Origin: a virus
Lineage: Duplodnaviria; Caudoviricetes
DNA: 58,882 nt
Virus record (IMG/VR): IMGVR_UViG_3300020463_001991
Coordinates: 1 to 58,882 of that record
Reading direction: 5' to 3' (one strand)
A program made the position numbers and the translations under genes. This document shows, piece by piece, positions 9,589-18,103 of the stretch; within the stretch, counting starts at the first letter, position 1; each line of letters opens with the position of its first letter. Below the pieces are notes generated by a model, which saw only the letters and a program-made list of their open reading frames with translations, ran no database searches and was not told where the DNA came from.

Positions 9589-9773
9589 CTGATGTAAAAG
9601 CTCGCATGCGAGAACTGTGTCAGCCTATAGAGCAACAAATACTGATGTGTGATAACAAAGAAGATATCCTAATGATGGCATGTGCTATGTTACAACATGT
9701 GAAAACAATGATGGATTCGCAAATTGGTGTACAAGGAAGAAAACAAATATTGGAGGAAGCTAACAATGACTAA
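9585..9773 (+). CDS. Hypothetical protein
   Basis: 62-aa coupled ORF with GAGGAG RBS. Confidence 0.6.
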   Translation: MTDVKARMRELCQPIEQQILMCDNKEDILMMACAMLQHVKTMMDSQIGVQGRKQILEEANND

Positions 9774-10005
9774 CTTTTTTGATTGGCCGAGAATGTACAA
9801 AGACGAAGAGTATATTGAAAGGGAGGCATACAGTTGTGTTGAAAGTGCAATTTGTAAACACTATGATATTGAAGATATCACAAAACTTACTGAAGCACAA
9901 TGGGTTGAAATACATGCTTGGCAAGAAGAAAACGTAAGTGAATATTCACCAATGAACATGGGTTTTTCAGATGTGTACAATGTTTGGGAAATGGAAAATG
10001 AATAA
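9766..10005 (+). CDS. Hypothetical protein
   Basis: Acidic ORF; ATG 9766 preceded by GGAGG. Confidence 0.6.
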   Translation: MTNFFDWPRMYKDEEYIEREAYSCVESAICKHYDIEDITKLTEAQWVEIHAWQEENVSEYSPMNMGFSDVYNVWEMENE

Positions 10006-10192
10006 GTATCAAATTTGGTATGAACCAAGAATGGATGATCCAATACCCATGTGGGATTTCCAAACGTTAGAACAGGCTAAAGAACAGATGGATCATGTAA
10101 TGCAGGAAAATCCACTAGCATACCCATATCACTATATTTGGGATATTGAAAATAAGGTTAAAGTTGAATATAATTCTAACCAAAATGCATAA
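9998..10192 (+). CDS. Hypothetical protein
   Basis: Short coupled ORF (MNKYQIWYEP...). Confidence 0.55.
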   Translation: MNKYQIWYEPRMDDPIPMWDFQTLEQAKEQMDHVMQENPLAYPYHYIWDIENKVKVEYNSNQNA

Positions 10193-10226
10193 AAAGGTTG
10201 ACATAACACTATTCCTATGTTATATT
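10191..10226 (+). promoter_or_regulatory. sigma70-type early promoter with A-tract
   Basis: AAAAAGG-TTGACA-N17-TATATT; shares AAAAAGGTTGAC with the promoter at 7606. Confidence 0.7.
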
Positions 10227-10253
10227 AAAGTATAATAAAAATAAAGGAAATAC

Positions 10254-10466
10254 ATGTTTAATATAGCAACTGAAAGATTAGCAATTGAAGATTACGTAAG
10301 CAAAAACAACATACATGATTTTGTTTATCAAGATACAATTGGCTTTGAAGCATTAGATTACTATTTGACAATGAATGAATCAGTAATGCTTGAATTTGTA
10401 TGTACGTACTTAGATAACCAAAATGGTATAGCAACACCATATCCAAAGTTGCCGATGACAATATAG
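10254..10466 (+). CDS. Hypothetical (early) protein
   Basis: 70 aa with AAGGA RBS and its own promoter. Confidence 0.6.
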   Translation: MFNIATERLAIEDYVSKNNIHDFVYQDTIGFEALDYYLTMNESVMLEFVCTYLDNQNGIATPYPKLPMTI

Positions 10467-10474
10467 ATAGAAAG

Positions 10475-11077
10475 ATGAAAATGAGATATAAAAAATACGA
10501 AAAGACAATACTTACAGATTGCGATGGAGTCCTGCTAGATTGGGAGTGGGCATTTAATTGTTGGATGATACAACATGGATTTGAGACCACAGAAGGATAC
10601 CAGTTCAAATATGATATGGCTGAACGTTATGGTATAAGCATACCACAAGTGAAAAAACTTGTAAAACAGTTTAATGAAAGTGCCGCAATAGGCTTTCTTC
10701 CTGTACTGAGAGATGCTATGTACTGGGTCAAAAGGCTACATGAACAACATGGTTACACATTTATTTGTATAACAAGTCTAAGTCTAGATGAAAATGCATA
10801 CAAACTAAGAGAAATGAACTTACAAAAAATGTTTGGTAAAACTGCATTTAGCAAATTGATATGTTTGGACACAGGTGCAGACAAAGACGAAGCACTGAGC
10901 AAGTATGCAGGTTCAAACTGTTACTGGTTAGAGGACAAAGTTGAAAATGCAACTGCTGGTTTGAGATTTGGACTTAGACCGATACTGATGGAACATGGAC
11001 ACAACATGAACGCAGATGTTGAATATCCAATAGTAAAAAATTGGTTGGAAGTTTATAAGCAAATTACCCAAATGTAA
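10475..11077 (+). CDS. HAD-superfamily phosphatase / 5'(3')-nucleotidase-like (T4 gp30.2-like)
   Basis: Motif I ILTDCDGVLLDW; motif IV WLEDK. Confidence 0.8.
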   Translation: MKMRYKKYEKTILTDCDGVLLDWEWAFNCWMIQHGFETTEGYQFKYDMAERYGISIPQVKKLVKQFNESAAIGFLPVLRDAMYWVKRLHEQHGYTFICITSLSLDENAYKLREMNLQKMFGKTAFSKLICLDTGADKDEALSKYAGSNCYWLEDKVENATAGLRFGLRPILMEHGHNMNADVEYPIVKNWLEVYKQITQM

Positions 11078-11128
11078 TAAAACTGTAACATCTATAGGCT
11101 TAAATAAAGTTTGTAAAAAGGACTTTCA

Positions 11129-11596
11129 ATGAACAAATTAATTAAAAAGGTGTGTAGGATGGACTTAGGCAATCCCATAATGACAGCTCTTGTTGGACTG
11201 GTAGTATTTTATATAGGACTTAAAATGTTCTCAGGTGGTATGAAGTCAATGGGTAACTTGGAACATTTGAACTTCTTTTTAGGTAATCCAATTTATATGT
11301 TTATAGGCGGTATTTTAATGACACTGCTTTGGCAAAGTTCAAGTTTAAGTACAACGGCAATAATTGCACTGGTAGCCTCAGGGGCATTGCCTCTGCCCGC
11401 AGCCATAGCGGCAGTGTTAGGCGCAAACATCGGAACCACCGGCACCATTTGGTTAGCCGGTTTTTTTGTGAGCGATGGTATGCCCAAAGGCGATACACTT
11501 AGGATAGCAATAGCACACACAGGTGCTAACATGTTTATGGCTATAATGTTGTTGCCATGGGTGCACCACATAGCAAGATTTTTGAATAAGTTTTAG
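11129..11596 (+). CDS. Half-size Na+/phosphate cotransporter family membrane protein
   Basis: TLLWQSSSLST and LGANIGTT signatures occur once; hydrophobic helices. Start may be 11159. Confidence 0.85.
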   Translation: MNKLIKKVCRMDLGNPIMTALVGLVVFYIGLKMFSGGMKSMGNLEHLNFFLGNPIYMFIGGILMTLLWQSSSLSTTAIIALVASGALPLPAAIAAVLGANIGTTGTIWLAGFFVSDGMPKGDTLRIAIAHTGANMFMAIMLLPWVHHIARFLNKF

Positions 11597-11606
11597 GAGT
11601 TAAGAT

Positions 11607-11690
11607 ATGCATTGGTTAGAGAAACTATTACAAAGATGGTTCAAGTCACAGCCAACTGTACAATATTTGTCAGGAAAAGGCAAACTATAA
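11607..11690 (+). CDS. Small ORF (27 aa, MHWLEKLLQRWFKSQPTVQYLSGKGKL)
   Basis: AGGAG RBS 7 nt upstream; fills the intergenic gap; below the ORF-track size cutoff. Confidence 0.5.
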   Translation: MHWLEKLLQRWFKSQPTVQYLSGKGKL

Positions 11691-11763
11691 TAAATAACTC
11701 GATAAACAAGTAACGTCCAATTTTTTTTGGGCAAATTTTTTTTAGGCAAAAAAAGGAAAGCAA

Positions 11764-12573
11764 ATGACGCAACTAATAGACCCAAGCAAATTCACAGAGA
11801 CAGTTGGCCTTTTAAGGTCATTTTTTTTGGAAAAAGGATTTCTTGAAGTACACACACAAAACAGATTAAGCATACTAGCCGCATGCGAAGACCCGTTCAA
11901 TGTAGCAACATACAATTATGCAGGCCAAGTATGGCCACTACCGCAAACCGGCCAGATGTGGTTGGAACATGAATTACTAAGTCAGCCCTCAGCAAAGGGC
12001 TTTTTTTGTGTCTCCACATCCTACAGACAAGAGCCAAATGCAATACCAGGCAGACATGATATAATATTTCCAATGTTTGAATTTGAAATGCCAGGCAACA
12101 TAGATGATCTCAAAGCAATGGAACTTGAACTGGTAGACTACTTAGGCTTTGAAAAGCCACTTGAAAAAACTTATGCAGATTGGCAACACTGGTACGGAGT
12201 AGAAGGCGAACTAGAAGCAGAGCATGAAACACAAATGTTCAAAGACTTTGAAACCACAATGATAACAGACTTTCCAGAGTTCACATCACCTTTTTGGAAC
12301 ATGTCACGTAACACAGATGGTACTAGTAAAAAGATAGATGTAATACTAGGTGGTATGGAAACAATAGGTTCAGCAGAACGTAGTACAGACATTATCCAAA
12401 TGAGAGATACCTTTCACACTATCACAGATGGTGCATATAGTAACCTACTGTATGAATTGTTCAGTAAGGATCGTGTTGAAGCAGAACTAGAAGAATTTTT
12501 AAAGTTTGATTTCTTTCCAAGAGTAGGCGGCGGCATAGGTATGACACGTATGATTGCCGCACTAGACAAGTAG
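11764..12573 (+). CDS. Class IIb aminoacyl-tRNA synthetase catalytic core (AsnRS-like) lacking the anticodon-binding domain
   Basis: Motif 1 LRSFFLEKGFLEVHT starts at about residue 17. Also TGQMWLE, motif 2 SYRQEP..GRH..FPMFEFE, ETIGSAER and motif 3 GGGIGMTR. Only 269 aa, with no room for an N-terminal OB-fold. Confidence 0.85.
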   Translation: MTQLIDPSKFTETVGLLRSFFLEKGFLEVHTQNRLSILAACEDPFNVATYNYAGQVWPLPQTGQMWLEHELLSQPSAKGFFCVSTSYRQEPNAIPGRHDIIFPMFEFEMPGNIDDLKAMELELVDYLGFEKPLEKTYADWQHWYGVEGELEAEHETQMFKDFETTMITDFPEFTSPFWNMSRNTDGTSKKIDVILGGMETIGSAERSTDIIQMRDTFHTITDGAYSNLLYELFSKDRVEAELEEFLKFDFFPRVGGGIGMTRMIAALDK

Positions 12574-12579
12574 GATTAT

Positions 12580-12682
12580 TCTGGGGTGGTGAAATTGGTA
12601 GACACGTACGGCTGTTAACCGTATGGTTGAGTGTACTGCAATATATTTAACCGTGTAGGTTCGACTCCTACCCCCAGAGCCA
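12580..12682 (+). tRNA. tRNA-Asn(GTT) with an unusually long variable arm and encoded CCA
   Basis: Acceptor TCTGGGG/CCCCAGA, G73, CCA. D stem GTG/CAC. Anticodon stem TACGG/CCGTA with loop CT-GTT-AA. Variable region 31 nt. T arm GTAGG-TTCGACT-CCTAC. Confidence 0.93.
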
Positions 12683-12697
12683 ACATATAAGTACTTC

Positions 12698-13561
12698 ATG
12701 CGTCCTATACTTCCATTTGTTGAAACCATGATAACCTATGCTTGTAATCTTAGTTGTACAGGTTGTACAAACTATAGTGATTACAATATGAAAGGCAGTG
12801 TACGTTGGGCACAAGGCAAGGAATGGCTTCAAGCATGGATAGAACGTATTAACATTTCAGACTTTGGAATAATGGGCGGTGAACCAACACTAAATCCAGA
12901 ATGCGAACAGTGGATCTATGGAGTACGTTCTCTATTGCCCAACAGTCAAATACGATTTACAACCAATGGTGTAAACTTTCATAAACGGCCAGAAGTATTT
13001 GACTGGTGTGTTGACGTTGGAAATACAGTTTTTAAATTTACACTACACGAAGACAAAACTTACGGCATGGATGCTATAAATTATGTTTTTAAAAAATTTA
13101 AGTGGTCACCAATAACCGAGTATGGTATTAATCGTTGGCTAGGTCCTAACAATACACGTTTTCAAATTAATTCTCCTTTACAATTTTTTAAAACTTATAC
13201 CGGAACGTTCGGCAATATAAAACCACACAATAATAAGGCAAAAGACGCATTTGACATGTGTATACAACAAACCTGTCCGTTGCTCTATGAAGGTAAAATT
13301 TATAAATGCAGTAGCATTGCACTGTTAAATAAAGTATTATCAGATTGGAGACAACCAGTTACTGATGATTGGAAGCCATACACTGACTATGAAGGAATAT
13401 CCGTAAACAGTTCAGACAAAACTATAAAACAGTTCATACAAAACTTTGGAAAAGCACATAAAATTTGTACAATGTGTCCAACAAAACAGGACACTGACAG
13501 TATTATCAATCATCGATCAAATGTGATATCCAAGAAGCAATGGATTAAACTTAATGCTTAA
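12698..13561 (+). CDS. Radical SAM protein
   Basis: CNLSCTGC, GGEP, TTNG, plus C-terminal Cys cluster. Confidence 0.9.
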   Translation: MRPILPFVETMITYACNLSCTGCTNYSDYNMKGSVRWAQGKEWLQAWIERINISDFGIMGGEPTLNPECEQWIYGVRSLLPNSQIRFTTNGVNFHKRPEVFDWCVDVGNTVFKFTLHEDKTYGMDAINYVFKKFKWSPITEYGINRWLGPNNTRFQINSPLQFFKTYTGTFGNIKPHNNKAKDAFDMCIQQTCPLLYEGKIYKCSSIALLNKVLSDWRQPVTDDWKPYTDYEGISVNSSDKTIKQFIQNFGKAHKICTMCPTKQDTDSIINHRSNVISKKQWIKLNA

Positions 13562-15452
13562 CTTATACCTAGTGCAAACTGTTGACAAGTATGGCCCTAA
13601 TAGTTTTTTGCCATTGGCAATAAGTTATCAATGGATGTATGCACAGGATGATGAACAGGTAAAACACAATTACAATGTTGCCGATGTACTAATTGAGAAA
13701 ACAAATCCAAAAGAATATGTAGACGCAATGCATGTTGAACCACACATAGTTGCCATGAGTAACTATGTGTGGAATTGGGAATATAATAAGGAACTGGCCA
13801 AAGAAATAAAAAAAGTATATCCAAACTGTGATATCGTTGTAGGCGGGCCTAATGTCGATAAACGCAATCCCAATTTCTTTGTAGACTTTCCTATGTTTGA
13901 TATAGCAGTGTTAGGCGAAGGTGAACCAGCTTTTAGACAAATCCTGAAACAAAGGCTAATGAATAGAAATTACAACGGTATACCAAGTGTGTTTCCAAAA
14001 GGCGGAGATATATGCAATTTACCAACACGTTTCCGAGAGCTTGAAACCATACCATCACCGATACTGAATGGATTTTATGATATGATAATCGATAAGGTCG
14101 AATCTAAACACGGTAAACAGATGTGGCAAGTAACCTACGAAACACTACGAGGGTGTCCGTATCAATGTGCATTCTGCGACATAGGTGATTTGTATTGGAA
14201 TAAAATTGCTAAATTTGACATGCCACGCATTGAAGCAGAAATAGATTGGATGGCACGTAGAGAAATTGAATATGTTGGTGTATGCGATAGCAATTGGGGA
14301 ATGTTACAACGCGATTTAGATATCACTGCGTATGTAATTAAAAAGAAGCAACAAACTGGCTATCCAAAGTTTTGGGACGTCACCTGGGCCAAAACAAACA
14401 GCGAAAACATTTATCAAATTGCAAAGATGGATAAAGACGCAGACACCAGACTGTTTAAAGGCGTGACTTTTGCTATGCAAAGTCTAAATCCAGCAACACA
14501 GAAAGCAAGTAAACGTGTAAATTTAAAAAGTAATGAAGCACTTACGTACATGAACAAGTACCAAGAAGAGAACATACCTACATACAGTGAACTAATATGG
14601 CCTATGCCAGATGAAACCTATGACACTTTAAAGGATGGTATTCAACAACTTGTTGACCTTGGACAAAAAAGTTTTTTAATGGTGCATCCATTGGTTCTTA
14701 CATTCAACGCAACAATGGGTCAAAAACATTACATAGAAGAATACGGTTTAAAATGGAAAGAAGTGCCACTGGACACATACTACTTGAGTGTTGATGATTT
14801 AGAAAACTATATTGTAGAAAAAACAATGGGTGTTTATGCTACCAATACTGCTGATGAAGTGCTAACCATGCGTGGTAATTTGTTCTCATACTTGTTTATA
14901 ACCATGTACTATTATGGATGGGCACACTATCTTATGGAATACATGCAAAACAAACACGATATAAAACATGTAGACTTTATCGAAAGTATGCTTAATTATT
15001 TCTATACTAAAAACTGTCTAATAGGAAGAGAAATACGTGCCACTGAAAAACACATGCACGATGTGTTTTACGGAGATAGTTTCTGGGGCAGACAAGTTTT
15101 AGAAAACGATATCTATTGGGAATACAAAGGTGCCACTAGTGTAGTCTTTCATCAAAACAGACAGAAGCTAAAGTATGAGCTTATAGATTTTGTATATGAA
15201 AAATACGAGATTGATGTATCAGATGTTGTTGAATTTAATATACACATGTGTAAAGATCCAAATATAAAATATCCTTATAATATAAAAGTTACAAAAGATA
15301 CAAGCACGCATTGCCTTAATACTGATAGCACACACTTACAAATTGATCATTGGGATAAGGAAGCACTTGATGAACGCAAGTTTTATCATGTTGGCTACCA
15401 CTGGCAAAGAAAAAATCACTACTGGAAATGCACTCCAACTACAGTAGATTAG
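13554..15452 (+). CDS. B12-binding-domain radical SAM protein
   Basis: N-terminal SNYVWN...IVVGGP...GEGE cobalamin-binding-like domain; RGCPYQCAFC. Confidence 0.85.
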   Translation: MLNLYLVQTVDKYGPNSFLPLAISYQWMYAQDDEQVKHNYNVADVLIEKTNPKEYVDAMHVEPHIVAMSNYVWNWEYNKELAKEIKKVYPNCDIVVGGPNVDKRNPNFFVDFPMFDIAVLGEGEPAFRQILKQRLMNRNYNGIPSVFPKGGDICNLPTRFRELETIPSPILNGFYDMIIDKVESKHGKQMWQVTYETLRGCPYQCAFCDIGDLYWNKIAKFDMPRIEAEIDWMARREIEYVGVCDSNWGMLQRDLDITAYVIKKKQQTGYPKFWDVTWAKTNSENIYQIAKMDKDADTRLFKGVTFAMQSLNPATQKASKRVNLKSNEALTYMNKYQEENIPTYSELIWPMPDETYDTLKDGIQQLVDLGQKSFLMVHPLVLTFNATMGQKHYIEEYGLKWKEVPLDTYYLSVDDLENYIVEKTMGVYATNTADEVLTMRGNLFSYLFITMYYYGWAHYLMEYMQNKHDIKHVDFIESMLNYFYTKNCLIGREIRATEKHMHDVFYGDSFWGRQVLENDIYWEYKGATSVVFHQNRQKLKYELIDFVYEKYEIDVSDVVEFNIHMCKDPNIKYPYNIKVTKDTSTHCLNTDSTHLQIDHWDKEALDERKFYHVGYHWQRKNHYWKCTPTTVD

Positions 15453-16083
15453 TAAACACTGTCATTCCTATTTTGTGATCATGCTCATTGCTGGCACAAT
15501 GCAATTGATTACGATCAAACACAATAATATCACCAGGTGACCACGATACAATAGTGTCAACAGTTAGACCGTGTAGATTTTCGTAAGGTATATGTGTAAG
15601 ATATTGATTGTATATTTCTTTATCAAACGGTTGATCTGTGTAATTTATAATATTAGTATAGTTTGTTATACGTTGATCTTTAGTTGTAATTTGTTTGTGT
15701 GAATCTTTTACATGTTGATATGGGTCTTCACTGCGTACAAACTTTGCGGCATCTCCTTTCCAATAGTTGTTGAAAAATACTGTGCTACCTGCTTCACATA
15801 CTAACGGAATAATAATACCTCTACACACACTCGGATTGTTATAACCACTATCAACGTGTATCTGAAAACTAATTGTGCTTTCATTATAAATAACTTCTTC
15901 TACATATTCATTATGGTTGATCAGTGGTTCTATAACATGTTGTGGCCATTTGTCAACACTCCATCTTGGATGTTTACTACGCACAGTATCTCGAATATCA
16001 GTGCGGTCATCATCTTTAAAATGGTATGCTAATAATTCTGCAACCTGTATCTTGTTAAAAGTTTGTTCTTTGACTGTGACCAT
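15439..16083 (-). CDS. Putative 2OG-Fe(II) oxygenase-like protein
   Basis: HVD motif and distal WSPGDIIVFDRNQLHCA (HxD...H facial triad). Confidence 0.6.
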   Translation of the reverse strand: MVTVKEQTFNKIQVAELLAYHFKDDDRTDIRDTVRSKHPRWSVDKWPQHVIEPLINHNEYVEEVIYNESTISFQIHVDSGYNNPSVCRGIIIPLVCEAGSTVFFNNYWKGDAAKFVRSEDPYQHVKDSHKQITTKDQRITNYTNIINYTDQPFDKEIYNQYLTHIPYENLHGLTVDTIVSWSPGDIIVFDRNQLHCASNEHDHKIGMTVFTNLL

Positions 16084-16106
16084 AAAATTACTTATATGGT
16101 GTTACA

Positions 16107-16829
16107 TCATGTAGCATAAATCTCCAATACCGTATCTATGATCGGATGTCTTTGTATGTCTCGATTGTTCATATAACAAACACTTAATCCATCACGATGT
16201 GTTTCTAGTCTTTTACATAAGTCAATTAAGCCGTTGTTGTGTACGGTTCTATCTGTTTGTTCCACATCTCCTGTGATTACTATTTTGCTATTCTCACCTA
16301 TGCGTGTCATTAGCATTTTCATCTGACTTGGCGTTGCGTTTTGCATTTCATCTGCTATAATCCAGGCATCCTTGAATGTTCTTCCTCTCATAAAAGCCAA
16401 TGGCGATATTTCAATCACTTGTTCTTGTATCATACGTGCTACTTCCTTTGCACTATAAAATTCACGTAGTACATCAAATAATGGTCGTGTCCATGGCTCC
16501 ATTTTACTATTTAAATCACCAGGTAGAAAGCCATGCTTTTCATCATCCACACCCACTGCCGGACGAGTAAGTACAAGACGTTCACATTCACCATTTCTAA
16601 ATGCTTTTATAGCCGCTAACATTGCAAGATATGTTTTACCCGTGCCCGCAGGACCAGTTGCCACAGTGATACTCGTGTGTGGGTCTAGTAGGCTTAGTAT
16701 TAGTTTTTCTTGATTGCGTGACTTCGGATGAAGTTCAATGTGTTTGCGTTTTAATGCTTGGTTAAAATTTATTGTGTTGTCTTGTTGTAGTTGTCTTTGA
16801 TATTTTGCTTTACGTTTAGCTCGAGACAT
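16107..16829 (-). CDS. phoH: PhoH-like ATPase
   Basis: GPAGTGKT, LTRPAV, GFLPG, PLAFMRGRTF, DEMQN, TGDVEQTD, RHP. Confidence 0.95.
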   Translation of the reverse strand: MSRAKRKAKYQRQLQQDNTINFNQALKRKHIELHPKSRNQEKLILSLLDPHTSITVATGPAGTGKTYLAMLAAIKAFRNGECERLVLTRPAVGVDDEKHGFLPGDLNSKMEPWTRPLFDVLREFYSAKEVARMIQEQVIEISPLAFMRGRTFKDAWIIADEMQNATPSQMKMLMTRIGENSKIVITGDVEQTDRTVHNNGLIDLCKRLETHRDGLSVCYMNNRDIQRHPIIDTVLEIYAT

Positions 16830-16992
16830 TGTATCTCCTAGGTTAAAGGTTATTCGCTACCCACAATAATATTTAAAACAAAAACAAATAAGTTATACGG
16901 TGTGTAAAGTTTTATATTTGCAGACTAAATAGATTAGTGGCCACAATGACAAATTGGGCTAAATACTGTTAACGTAAAACAAAAGGCCACAG

Positions 16993-17568
16993 ATGTCACT
17001 AGACGATTCAGAATTTTTTAAAGACGGCTCCGACTATTGGATGGTTGCAGATAATATTAAGGGCATCTACATGAGTGATGGTAGTATGAGGGTATTATTA
17101 GACTTTGAACGTGTGATGAACGAACTAGATATATTTGCTTTCCGCAATTGGGAACTAGGCGAGCTAGTGGCAGGTCCAGAACAAGGACCATACAAAACTT
17201 CATGTACATTTTTATGGCCTGCAAAGCTAATGCCAGACCCAAGAGGAGCAATGCGGTTACTGCCTTTTGACTGTGAAGTCAAATGGAAAAAGACACAGAT
17301 GAAAGTTCCAATTAAGATCAAATCACCAAGCGATTTCAAAGCAGGTACTAAGGTTGCACGACTAATTGAAAAACCAATTTGGTTGGTTGAAATTATTATG
17401 CCAAAGAGTCTTATGCAAGACATAAGAACTGGTGCAATAGAACTAGAAGATGAAACAGTTGATCTGCAGGATCTCGACGATGCTTATAACGCTGACTTGG
17501 ATCAACAACAGGTTATGGATGTAGACGCACAAGCAGAAATGGATACTAATATCGATGTCCAAGTTTAA
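16993..17568 (+). CDS. Hypothetical phage protein
   Basis: 191 aa (LLDFERV..ELD.FAF.NW..GELV.GP, MPDPRG); TAAATA at 16960. Confidence 0.7.
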   Translation: MSLDDSEFFKDGSDYWMVADNIKGIYMSDGSMRVLLDFERVMNELDIFAFRNWELGELVAGPEQGPYKTSCTFLWPAKLMPDPRGAMRLLPFDCEVKWKKTQMKVPIKIKSPSDFKAGTKVARLIEKPIWLVEIIMPKSLMQDIRTGAIELEDETVDLQDLDDAYNADLDQQQVMDVDAQAEMDTNIDVQV

Positions 17569-18103
17569 TTTAACAGAAGGTCTTGGTTACAAAGACCTAG
17601 CAGGTATGATGAAAAGTACAATGTATATTGATGACTTTTCAAGTAAAATGGGCGATGACGATGAGATAGTTGTTGCAAGTTTTTATGTGCGTGACAGACA
17701 AGCGGCCGTGGACTTGATTAACTGGTTTGAAAAAGGCTACGATTTTGTATTAGATGCTGATATGAGCCCAGGTGAAGTAAAGCCAAACAGATACCTAGTA
17801 TACATTGAACTAAAACGCAGAAACTACACTGCAGATAATCTTGCAAATCTGTTAGATGATTTTAACACACTTACAGAGTATGAAGGTGATGGATGGACCA
17901 TGGGCTATAGAGGTAAAGAAATGCCTTTCACTGTTGAACAGTTTAATATGGTTGTACCAACCTCTCCTAAGACCTATAGAGAACGTGAGCAGTTTGAACT
18001 TAACGAAGCGAGAACTCTTGCTGGTATACCTCCTAAGGCTATATATAACAAAGGCAAAAAAGCCAAAGATATACAGAACTTACTAGCAAACGCAGGACGT
18101 TAA
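17555..18103 (+). CDS. Hypothetical phage protein
   Basis: 182-aa coupled ORF (SKMGDDDEIVV, FEKGYDFVLDAD). Confidence 0.7.
   Translation: MSKFNLTEGLGYKDLAGMMKSTMYIDDFSSKMGDDDEIVVASFYVRDRQAAVDLINWFEKGYDFVLDADMSPGEVKPNRYLVYIELKRRNYTADNLANLLDDFNTLTEYEGDGWTMGYRGKEMPFTVEQFNMVVPTSPKTYREREQFELNEARTLAGIPPKAIYNKGKKAKDIQNLLANAGR

Noticed and set aside
12624-12654. The extra tRNA sequence as an intron, or the tRNA as tRNA-Sec
   Set aside because: The insert lies in the variable region rather than the anticodon loop and forms a clean stem. The anticodon is GTT and the fold is the standard 7/5, not the Sec 8/5 with TCA.
12698-13561. This radical SAM gene (or the one at 36586) as QueE
   Set aside because: Both lack the QueE-type F(V/I)R..GC.L.C.WCDT context, carry extra C-terminal Cys clusters, and lie far from folE and queD
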